DNA of 34,388 bases from Octopus sinensis (Eukaryota): the NCBI RefSeq assembly GCF_006345805.1, contig NW_021831726.1, positions 1 through 34,388 of the forward strand, read 5' to 3'. The notes below the pieces were generated by a model. That model was not told where the DNA came from. It ran no database searches and saw only the letters and a list, made by a program, of their open reading frames with translations. Below are positions 23,585 to 33,748 of this stretch, in pieces (positions within the stretch are counted from its first letter, which is position 1; the number at the start of each line of letters is the position of its first letter). Made by a program: the position numbers and the translations under genes.

Positions 23585-24394
23585 CAGTTAAGTTGCCTGA
23601 TCTTCCCTTAAAGTTTTTCAGTAGGTTTTACTATCTTTACCCGTTATATTGTGCAATAGCACATTAGATATAATAGTTTCTATGTTAAATCAACAAATCT
23701 ACTCCGTTTGTACAAGGGATAAAATAAACGTTTAAAACTGCTTTAATGGAAGAAATCAAAACGGGGTAGATTTGTTGATTTAACAGAGAAACTATTATAT
23801 CTAACTAGCAGTATCGCCCGGCGTTGCTCGGGTTTGGAAGGGAAATAACTATATAAGCATTTTTAGAGAGTTACTTCCCTTATAGATGCCAATTCGGGCT
23901 TTCTTAGCCATTTCTGTTTTGGTGTCTTCAAGCCGTGAAGTCGTTGTTCTAAAAGAACGCTGGTCTCCTTGACAACGCTTTACGACGTTGATTTCCTTAC
24001 ACTCCCTTCCCCACAGCTTCACGAGGGAGGGAAGAGGGGGAGAAGCAAACAGGTGCAGTTGTGACCATGGACGCCAACTCCGCCGCCATCGACACACGAA
24101 AAATTATGCATTAAAATGGAATAAAAAATGATGTTAAATTATTTTTTAAATCGTAGACTCATCGTAGACGCGCGCTAATACTCAGACGGGCTTGATATGA
24201 ATCACGACTATAAGATACCCGAATTTGGTTAAACTGCACCGAAAAATGTGGGAGTAGTTAGGAATCTAAATCGAAGGGGACAGACACTCACACAACTACA
24301 GTTTTATATATATAGATGTGCTATTGCACAATATAACAGCAAAAATAGTAAAACCCACTGAAAAACTTTAAGGGAAGATCAGGCAACTTAACTC
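23585..24394. mobile_element. Foldback MITE with ~125-bp inverted arms, right arm interrupted by a Helitron
   Basis: 23586-23709 is the reverse complement of 23758-23804 joined to 24317-24393. Confidence 0.85.
23805..24316 (-). mobile_element. Non-autonomous Helitron (512 bp)
   Basis: Minus strand reads A|TCTATATATATAAAA ... CCCGAGCAACGCCGGG hairpin ... CTAG|T: canonical termini, inserted between A and T with no TSD. Confidence 0.88.
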
Positions 24395-24422
24395 ACATGT
24401 GTAGTTTTATATATGTATATAT

Positions 24423-24825
24423 AGGAGTGGCTGTCTTGTAAGTAGCTTGCTTACCAACCACATGGTTCCGGGTTCAGTCCCACAGCGTGGCACCTTGGGC
24501 AAGTGTCTTCTACTATAGCCTCGGGCCGACCAAAGCCTTCTGAGTGGATTTGGTAGACGGAAACTGAAAGAAGCCCGTCGTATATATGCATATATATATA
24601 TGTGTGTGTGTGTGTGTGTTTGTGTGTCTGTGTTTGTTCCCCCAACATCGCTTGACAACCGATGGTGGTGTGTTTACGTCCCCGTCACTTAGCGGTTCGG
24701 CAAAAGAGACCGATAGAATAAGTACTGGGCTTACAAAGAATAAGTCCTGGGGTCGATTTCCTTGACTAAGGACGGTGCTCCAGCATGGCCGCAGTCAAAT
24801 GACTGAAACAAGTAAAAGAGTAAAG
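24423..24825 (+). mobile_element. SINE family A (full length)
   Basis: Close match to the other A copies. Confidence 0.92.
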
Positions 24826-24846
24826 TGTATATTTTTTATGGGTATG

Positions 24847-24878
<32 letters not shown>

Positions 24879-25349
24879 TTAAGTGTATACATATATGTAT
24901 ACATATCTATCTATCTATATATGTGTGTATGTATGTATATATATGCATATTTGCATGGACTTCAAGGGCTAGGCTGCTATTTACTTAGATAATTTACGAG
25001 TTAGTTATAGGTTTACTTATTGAATTTATTTACCGTTACTGTTTATGTACACAGGGTAAATGTGTTTCTTTGTAGTAATTTAATTAATAATGTTAGTGTT
25101 TAGTCTTTACTAGAATTAAGATTGAATGAACGTGATGATATACATGGTATGTTTGTTCCCAAACAACACTTATTTTAGTAATGTTGATACCGCCGGATTG
25201 AATGGTACTGTCCAGGTGTCGAAACCGGAGTGATATCCGTGTGGCAGCTGATGATGGAGGCAATATGGATTGTTGGTATGGCTGGTATTGTATGTGCGGA
25301 ATAGTTTTATGAGACATCTACTTGATATCTATGTACCTATGTGCATATG

Positions 25350-25421
<72 letters not shown>

Positions 25422-25812
25422 TATACGTATACATGTATACATATATGTATATATTTATATGTATGTATGTGTGCGTGTGAATCGGACGTATAATTTTGCA
25501 GAGGCTTCGTTATTTTGATGATAAATTAATAAAATAATCATGTTTAAAAAGAAAAATCTATTAAATTAAATTATAAGATATTTCAGCAAATTAATTCAAT
25601 ATGGTTTGTAGAAAATTGATTAAAAGGTGGAAGTAAGAGAAATGTAAACAGAATAATTCAAAAAGAGGGGAAGGTCATTAAGCTAAATTAGATGTGACAT
25701 GGATAGAAAATTATTCGATATAGACTATAGAAAGTTTACGGGAAATGGTAGGCCTGAAGATAACGATATATAAACATGTGACTACTGCGTATAGATGTAT
25801 TTATGTAGGTAG

Positions 25813-25893
<81 letters not shown>

Positions 25894-26190
25894 GAGGCGC
25901 AATGGCCCAGTGGTTAGGGCAGCGAACTCGCGGTCGTAGGATCGCGGTTTCGATTCCCAGACCGGGCCTTGTGAGTGTTTATTGAGCGAAAACACCTAAA
26001 AGCTCCACGAGGCTCCGGCAGGGGGTGGTGATCCCTGCTGTACTCTTTCACCACTCTTTCTCTCACTCTTTCTTCTGTTGGCCTGCTCGCATAGCCAGCG
26101 GGGTGGCGTCATTTGAAGGCTAAAACAATGCGAAGCGCATTGTGACCAGCGATGTGTAGCAACATCTGATGGTCTGGTCGGTCACGGTGA
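25894..26190 (+). mobile_element. tRNA-derived SINE: head C plus tail Y
   Basis: The first ~165 bp match 19382-19550. The rest (GGCCTGCTCGC...GGTCACGGTGA) is unrelated to tail X. Confidence 0.85.
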
Positions 26191-26361
26191 TATATATATG
26201 TATGCGTGTGTGTGCGCGCGCGTGTGTGTGTGTGCGTATGCATCAAAATTTATATAACGGATTAATCATTGTTATATAAGCTGGTAAGGTAGTATGCGTT
26301 TAGGAAATCGCATGTGTATATGCATTTATATGCATTAGTGTGTGAGCGTATATATATATAT

Positions 26362-26396
<35 letters not shown>

Positions 26397-26743
26397 ATGT
26401 GTGTGTGTGTGTGTGTGTGTACTTATATAGTTGTTGGTTATGACAGGTCAGAAAGTTACCATTGGTTTCGCACCTATAATGCTCTTACATTATCGGTGAC
26501 TCACCAGACCTGGCCGGAGGTACAGAACCTCTCTACTAATGGAGGTAGAAATACATTCTTGGTCCTCTGTGTGTGTGCGTCCGTGCGTGCGTGTGTATGT
26601 CTGTGTCTCTGTGTGTGAGAGTGTGACAGTGAGTGACTGTGTGTGTCTGTGTGCATCGTATACATTAAGACATCCAAACGTACCACGTGGGCTTAATTAC
26701 TCACCTCAGATGCACGCATACATTCATTCATTCATTCACTGTT

Positions 26744-27042
26744 ACTCCGTTCAGGTACAGTGACGAGGGTTCCACTTGATCCAGTCAACGGAACAGCCTG
26801 CTTTTGATATTAACGTGCAAGTGGCTGAGCACTCCACAGACACGTGAACCCTTAACGTAGTTCTCAGGGAAATTCATCGTGACACAGAATGTGACAAGAT
26901 TGGCCCTTTTGAAATACAGGTACTACTCATTTTACCAGCTGAGTGAACTGGTGTACCGAGAAGCAAAGCGTCTTGCTCAAGGACACAACGCGTCGCCGAG
27001 AATTGAACTAACGGCCTTACCCTAACCACTAAGCCAGCCGCC
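26744..27042 (-). mobile_element. tRNA-derived SINE: head D/CORE-like plus tail X
   Basis: Reverse complement matches 33432-33748. Confidence 0.85.
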
Positions 27043-27200
27043 TTCACGACGCACGTACTTACAGACACACTGGCAGCCACACCATTTTCCCTTAAACGTA
27101 TAGACATTCCTCTAACCTACCATCCTTTCATATATTAGTCCACATCATAACACACCACACATATATCTTTCTTTTACCACACATATATTCTACACATTTA

Positions 27201-27419
27201 CGGGTGCGGGGTGATGAAAAGTTCCTGACTTTGGGTAATAGAAAATACACGAGGTTCAGTTATGATTTTATCCGACACATTCCTCTCTCAGATTAACACG
27301 CTTATTGCAGCAGTCCTTCAGCTTTTCTAAGCCCTGCAAAAGAACTCGAAAATTTGGGCCTCCAACCAGGCCTTTCGTGATACTCTTAAAGCCGGGAACT
27401 TTTTTTAGCACCCGCCTCG
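27201..27419 (-). mobile_element. Mariner-derived MITE with TA TSD
   Basis: Imperfect TIRs CGGGTGCGGGGTGATGAAAAGTTCCTGACTTT and AAAGCCGGGAACTTTTTTTAGCACCCGCCTCG, TA on both sides. The minus strand gives GLEKLKDCCNKRVNLREECVG*, like a mariner C-terminus. Confidence 0.7.
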
Positions 27420-27544
27420 TATACTACCATATGATTTTTTACGACAACAAATATACGTATATAGTTACCAGAGCGTGTGAGCATGGGTTGTATTTGGTAT
27501 GCACCTTGTCTGGAGATGTGCATACGTATATTCACCTATGTATA

Positions 27545-28290
27545 CAGACATGACAGAAGTAAATAGATACCCTAATAAACATTAAAATTATTCATTAAAA
27601 TTATTTATTAATTATTATAATGTGAATATCTTATATTTAGTAGACATGATCTTTACATTTTTTAATACAAGGATCCGATAAGGCATGTTATTGATCAGAT
27701 CCGGCTTTGAGGATACCTTCTTGACCGAAGATTGGTTGGAAAAGAATGGCATTAAAAAACTTCCAAGACAGTCACCAGATATGATCTTTTAAATACCTCT
27801 GAGGCATAATGGACAGGACACTTCATAAAAAGAACAAGAAAGTATCCTCAAAGCCGGATCTTTTGAGATTACTGCATGAAACTTAACAAGAAATCCTTCC
27901 CTTCTCTGGTGAATAACACAATCATCCTATTAACTGTAAAAAGTGAGATCCCAAGGTTTTCTACGATTTTACGCTAGGTCCACCTTCAGATTGATCCACA
28001 ATACGGCCTCTTTGAAATTTGAACATTTCCAAGGCTTCTTTCGTAGGTGGCATGAGTAAACCGTCATATATAGTACCTGAAACATAAACGTATCAAATAA
28101 TAAAAGATAATAAAAGATAGGCGCAGGAGTGGCTGTGTGGTAAGTAGCTTGCTTACCAACCACATGGTTACGGGTTCAGTCCCACTGCATGGCATCTTGG
28201 GCAAGTGTCTTCTGCTATAGCCCCGGGCCGACCAATGCCTTGTGAGTGGATTTGGTAGACGGAAACTGAAAGAATCTTGTCGTATATATG

Positions 28291-28343
<53 letters not shown>

Positions 28344-28608
28344 TTGTTTGTGTTTGTGTTTGTCCCCCTAGCATTGCTTGACAACCGATGCTGGTGTGTT
28401 TACGTCCCCGTCACTTAGCGGAGACCGATAGAATAAGTACTGGGCTTACAAAGAATAAGTCCCGGGGTCGAGTTGCTCGATTAAAGGCGGCGCTCCAGCA
28501 TGGCCGCAGTCAAATGACTGAAACAAGTAAAAGAGTATATAAACCATTTGAAGTCAAAATAAACATAAAATGATGTCTTATGGGGTGTCTATTTACTTGT
28601 TATGTCTG
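27545..28608 (-). mobile_element. Internally deleted and inverted Tc1-family transposon (contains a SINE A insertion)
   Basis: TIRs CAGACATGACAGAAGTAAATAGATACCC and GGGTGTCTATTTACTTGTTATGTCTG. N-terminal QRGRIV...ENLGISLFTVNRMI on minus, WLEKNGIKKLP-RQSPDM...KPDLLRLLHET*QEI on plus, DLINNMPYRI...TKY on minus. Confidence 0.8.
28119..28536 (+). mobile_element. SINE family A (inserted within the Tc1 remnant)
   Basis: Close match to the other A copies. Confidence 0.92.
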
Positions 28609-29713
28609 TGTATATGTATTTAGATTCTTGGAGTGATGTATTACATTGCAAGTATTATCGTTTCACACCTAAGTAGACGAATTTCAGATTCCTTTATATA
28701 CAATAAACACTGTTTAATCCCTACACAAATGAAAATCTTGCATATTTCGCTACACTCCTCTATATACGCATATACAAGCCAATACACAAACAATAGTATA
28801 GGGAGTTCCCCACAATCGTCCTCATCCTCTCAAGTTATATGTGACCCTGCCTTTTTCTCTCCAACTTTATTCTTTGCATCTTCCCCCTCCATGTTTTTCG
28901 CTCTTCCTTCTCTCTCTCTATCTCTCTCTCTCTCTCGCCGTAATCTTGCCTTTTCTATTTCCCTCTCACCCCCATCACTCTTTCCCCACGCAATCTCCTT
29001 CTAACCCCGTTTGTATCTCTACTTTTGGTCCACATCTTTTTATTCTGCTTCACTCCTGACATATCAACAGATGTCTTCAATTCTTTGTCCAGTTTTTTTT
29101 TTACTTTCTCGTGCTTCATTATTTTTCTTTCTGTTTTTTTTTTACAGATAATGAACATCATCTGAAACACCAGATATTGTTCTGTATCTTTTCTCTCTTT
29201 TGCGTATTTATCTTCATTGTACATTTCTTTTATTAATGTTCCTGGTGTCTTTTTTTTCATATTTCTACGCGTTTTTCTGTCACATGCTTTCGCTTATCTG
29301 ACTGTGTATTGTTTGCTTATTTCTCCGTTTTTTGCTTCATAATATTGCACTAATCACATAATACACGCACGCACACACACATATGTGTGTATATATATAT
29401 ATATATATGTGTGTGCGTGTGTGTATTGGTGTGGCGGGGGGGGGCTTCACAGATTAATAGGTTATGGAAGACGAACCAATAAAGTCTGAATAAGAGAATG
29501 ATTAAAAGTTCCTATCGCTGCAACAAACAAACTTAATACAATTCACGAAAACCTGGAAAAAGAAAATTAATCTGATTAAATGGTGTTTACTTCTTGGTGA
29601 GTTTAAATTTGTATTAACACCACATTTGTATAACAGACAATGTTATTTAAATGTTGCGCGCATACACTCACGCACATACATTTTATATACACATGATATA
29701 TATATATATATCT

Positions 29714-30122
29714 CAGGAGTGGCTGTGTGGTAAGTAGCTTGTTTACCAACCACATGGTTCCGGGTTCAGTCCCACTGCGTGGCACCTTGGGCAAGTGTCT
29801 TCTACTATAGCCCTGAGCCGACCAAAGCCTTGTGAGTGGATTTGGTAGACGGAAACTGAAAGAAGCCCGTCGTATATATGTATATATATACATATGCGTG
29901 TGTGTGTTTGTGTGAGTGTGTTTGTCCCCCTAGCATTGTTTGGCAACCGCTGCTGATGTGTTTACGTCCCCGTTACTTAGCGGTTCGGCAAAAGAGACCG
30001 ATAGAATAAGTACTGGGCTTACAAAAGAATAAGTCCCGGGGTCGAGTTGCTCGATTAAAAGGCGGTGCTCCAGCATGGCCGCAGTCAAATGACTGAAACA
30101 AGTAAAAGAGTAAAAGAGTAAA
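29714..30122 (+). mobile_element. SINE family A (full length, (GTAAAAGA)n tail)
   Basis: Close match to the other A copies. Confidence 0.92.
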
Positions 30123-30719
30123 ATATATGAATTTTTGCGCAATGAGATAAAAAAAAAACCAAGGCTGTATAGATATTAGAGCATTTTTAGATAGAAGTTC
30201 TTACAGCTGTTTCTTAATTAATAATAATATCCCTTCATCGGAGACGGTGTGAGAGGAAAAGTTAAATCATATTTAGTTTCGATGTGATACAAAATAGAGA
30301 GTGAGGTGGAGGAAAGAAAATAAATGTAAGATACGTATGGTTATTGAGTTCATAAATCCGTTTTATAGGCATAATGGTACATATGTGTATTATTCCAATA
30401 TCCTTTGAGTAAAATCCAAAAGTCCAACAGAGTTTAATATGAGTCCATCCAAATGTAAAGTTTATAAGCAATGTAAGATTCTCTTAAAGTTGGTCATTGC
30501 CAGTAGTGAATTAATATAGAATGTAGCAGATTCGAGGTTTGTATTTAAAATATTTTTTTATCTCATTACGCAAAAATTCTTATATACACACGCTGACATA
30601 GAACCAACGTTGAACTCTTTATTCACAATAGTACCGAATCTGGAACTTAACTATGGTCTGTCTATAGCACTTATTCAGCATTACCTGATACCTTTGGGTC
30701 TCAATGACATCATTATCTC

Positions 30720-30720
30720 T

Positions 30721-30762
<42 letters not shown>

Positions 30763-30950
30763 CGTGTGTGTGTGTGTGTGTGTGTCTGTGTGTGTGTGTG
30801 TGTGTGTGTGTCTGTGTCTGTGTGTCTGTGTCTGTGTGTCTGTGTGTCTGTGTGTCTGTGTGTGTGTGTGTGTGTACGTGTGTGTGTGTGTGTTGTACAT
30901 ATATACATACGTATGTGGACATACATACATATATACGTATATACATATGC
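30720..30950. repeat. (TA)n(TG)n(TGTC)n microsatellite
   Basis: Directly visible. Confidence 0.9.
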
Positions 30951-31013
30951 ATATGTGGGCACAGGACATCACAGAACGTAAACAACAAAAAATGCGAAAA
31001 TATCGAATACGAA

Positions 31014-31255
31014 ATACGAATAGATGGAATATGAACTTTTTTGCGAACAACGAAAGAAACAAATGAAAAACAAGACACGCAACATAAAGAACGACCCTTC
31101 ATCAGTTGTCGGCTGTTTTTCTAATCCGTATTTCGAGCATGGATTATAAAAACAGCTGACAACTGATGAAGAGTCGTTCTTTATGTTGCGTGTCTTGTTT
31201 TTCATTTGTTTCCTTCGTTGTTTGCATAAAAAGTTCATATTCCATCTATTCGTAT
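31014..31255. repeat. Near-perfect palindrome (~114-bp arms, 13-nt loop)
   Basis: 31014-31127 is the reverse complement of 31141-31255, with about six differences by eye. Confidence 0.92.
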
Positions 31256-31286
31256 ATTCATATATTGTAAAAGGTGTATGATTTTT

Positions 31287-31504
31287 AATATTGGTTTCAA
31301 ATATTGGCACAAGGCCAGCAATTCTGGGATGGGGTCTAGTAAGCTGATTCAACTGGTACTTATTTCATTTACACCGAAAATTTGAAAGGCAAAGTGAAAG
31401 ACAAAGTTGACTTCAGTGGAATTTGAACTCAGAACGTAAGAACGGATAAAACGCACCTAAACATTTTTCCCGGTGTGCTACTGAGTCTGCCAGCTCGCCA
31501 CCTT
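31287..31504 (-). mobile_element. SINE family B
   Basis: Reverse complement begins AAGGTGGCGAGCTGGCAGA and ends GTGCCAATATTTGAAACCAATATT. Confidence 0.85.
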
Positions 31505-31535
31505 GTGGATGATTTTAATATTATCGCGAAATACT

Positions 31536-31753
31536 AAGGTGGTGAGCTGGCAGAATTGTTAGCACGCCGGACACAATGCTTAGCGGCATTTTGTCAGTCC
31601 TTACGTTCTGAGTTCAAATTCCGCCGAGGTCGACTTTGCCTTTCATCTTTCGGGGTCGATAAAGTAAGAACCAGTTTAGGACTAGGGTCGATGTAATTGA
31701 CTTCACTTCTCCACCCGAAATTGCTGGCATGTGCCGAAATTTGAAACCAATAT
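31536..31753 (+). mobile_element. SINE family B with target-site duplication
   Basis: Full head, core and tail. AATAT(T/C)ATCGCGAAATA occurs at 31517-31533 and 31749-31765. Confidence 0.9.
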
Positions 31754-32164
31754 CATCGCGAAATATTGAGGAATTGATAGGAATTACATTATTCCAAAAG
31801 ATAAATTTTAAATCTAGGAAGTGATTCGGTTGATATTTGTTAGTATAATTATATCTGTATCGCTATTAATGCTTTCTGAATGAAGAAAAATAGTTATATA
31901 ACAAGCGAAAATTAGAATTCATGCAGAAATGCTGAAAGGGTGTTATATTAGAAATTATATATTATATTTTCGAGTATAAAGTAAGAAAATGAAAATGTTA
32001 ATTAGATTTTAATACAATTATAAAATTGTAATTTTATGTAAGTTATCTCAATGCTTATTTAATAGTACGATGTGTTTGCAGAAGTATATTTAATTAAATC
32101 TAATTAAATGAGTGCTCTCTCAGTTTATACTAATATATGAAGAGAAAAAGACAAAAGATGATCA

Positions 32165-32306
32165 GACGCAGCCGTAGCTATATGCTAAGAGGTTTGAGTC
32201 CCAACCACAAGATTCCGGGTTCAGTCCCACTGCGTGGTACCTTGGCCAAGTGTCTTCGACCAAAGCCTTGCGAGTGGATTTCGTAGATGGCAACTGAAAG
32301 AAGCCA
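32165..32306 (+). mobile_element. SINE subfamily A', 5' part
   Basis: CCCAACCACAAGATTCCGGGTTCAGTCCCACTGCGTGGTACC, with the same internal deletion as 22092-22458. Confidence 0.8.
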
Positions 32307-32309
32307 CTA

Positions 32310-32441
32310 GAAAATACGAAAACTAAAATAAACAGCACATAATTGCTGGGACACAACAACCTCCTAAGAAGACCGAGTGTAGATATGAACAGCATATGGG
32401 AAACTGTATTAAGGAAGGATAGAGGAATATTAGATTTATAA
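32310..32441 (+). pseudogene. Probable C-terminal end of a Penelope-like element ORF (GIY-YIG tail)
   Basis: With one stop and one frameshift it reads RKLK*TAH-LLGHNNLLRRPSVDMNSIWETVLRKDRGILDL*, resembling PLE C-termini (RK.KE..HI...N...PS.D...IW..L) from recall. Confidence 0.5.
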
Positions 32442-32526
32442 GCCCTAAAATTCACTTCATACTTGCCCACGGGCATCTGGCTTAGTGGTTAGGAGCGCGG
32501 GCTGCTAACCCCAAGATTCCGAGTTC

Positions 32527-32883
32527 GATTTTATCCGACACATTCCTCTCTCAGATTAACACGCTTATTGCAGCAGTCCTTCAGCTTTTCTAAGCCCTGC
32601 AAAAGAACTCGAAAATGTGGGCCTCCAACCAGGCCTTTCGTGATACTCTTAAAGCCGGGAACTTTTTTTAGCACCCGCCTCGTATACTACCATATGATTT
32701 TTTACGACAACAAATGTACGTATATAGTTACCAGAGCGTGTGAGCATGGGTTGTATTTGGTATGCACCTTGTCTGGAGATGTGATACGTATATTCACCTA
32801 TGTATACAGACATGACAGAAGTAAATAGATACCCTAATAAACATTAAAATTATTCATTAAAATTATTTATTAATTATTATAAT
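32527..32883 (+). repeat. Direct duplicate of 27264-27621 (~99% identical)
   Basis: Base-by-base match with two substitutions and one 1-nt deletion seen. Confidence 0.95.
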
Positions 32884-33017
32884 AATATTATAATAATAAT
32901 TATTATTATAATATTATAATAATAATGATAATAATAATAATAATAACAACAACAACAACAAAATCGATCGAAGAAAAATACCTTAGGAATGGGAACCCAG
33001 GTTCGAAATTTCCCCAA

Positions 33018-33063
33018 GACACCTGATGAAGGCTGGAGGGTATATCAGCCGAAACGTTGTGTT
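33018..33063 (+). ncRNA. Intact minimal type-I hammerhead ribozyme (PLE type, palindromic stem III, GUU cleavage triplet)
   Basis: GACAC-CUGAUGA-A-GGCUG(GAGGGUAUAU)CAGCC-GAAAC-GUU|GUGUU. Stem I has 5 bp (one G-U), stem II has 5 bp, stem III is the loopless ACGU. Predicted cut after 33058. Confidence 0.8.
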
Positions 33064-33431
33064 AACAACAAACAAGATGAGGACAAATATCCATCAATTG
33101 TAAATAATGTACATAATTATTCATCTTTTAAATACAGAACTGTATTCCAGAATGATGTTTAAAATGCGGTATGTTTGAAAGAGGGAGTCAAAGTTCAGTA
33201 TTATAGATAGTTTCGAGGTCATCTTTATTGCTGAAGAAGTAGCCGAGGCAAGAATTACCATTTTAGGTTGTAATTAATGTTATAGTATCATTTACCTATT
33301 TTTTTTAGTTCCGTATAAGCCTGATGAAATTAATGATAGCCAAGTTTAGTTTACATTGGTTAAAATTAGCTACATTTTGCATAGAATTTTGCGTGGGGAA
33401 ATATTTATATATATATGTAACATTTCAGTTT

Positions 33432-33748
33432 GCGTAGCTTAGTGGTTAGGGCATTCGGCTCACGATCATAAGGTCGTTAGTTCAATTCTCGTCGATGCGT
33501 TGTGTCCTTGAGCAAGACACTTTATTTCCCGTTGCCCCAGTCCACTCAGCTGGCAAAAATGAGTTGTACCTGTATTTCAAAAGGGCCAACCTTGTCACTT
33601 TCTGTGTCACGCTGACTCTCCCTGAGAACTACGTTAAGGGTACACGTGTCTGTGGAATGCTCAGCCACTTGCACGTCAATTTCACGAGCAGGCTGTTCCG
33701 TTGACCGTATCAGCTGGAACCTTTGTTGTTGTAACCGACGGAATGCTC
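33432..33748 (+). mobile_element. tRNA-derived SINE: head D/CORE-like plus tail X
   Basis: GTAGCTTAGTGGTTAGG...TGTGTCCTTGAGCAAGACACTT...CAGTCCACTCAGCTGG, followed by tail X. Confidence 0.88.

Larger units (their letters stand above)
32467..33142 (+). mobile_element. Family E element, copy 3 (tRNA-like head, 357-bp local insertion, (TAA)n(CAA)n, hammerhead tail)
   Basis: Head CCACGGGCATCTGGCTTAGTGGTTAGG...GAGTTCGATT. Tail 32981-33142 matches copies 1 and 2. Confidence 0.88.

Noticed and set aside
25205-25262. GAAAC...CTGATGA as a circularly permuted hammerhead
   Set aside because: Stem I cannot form, the cleavage triplet would end in G, and stem II does not abut the core.
28955-29260. 101-aa Lys/Glu-rich minus-strand ORF
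   Set aside because: It is explained by the pyrimidine-rich low-complexity plus strand; no splice or family evidence.
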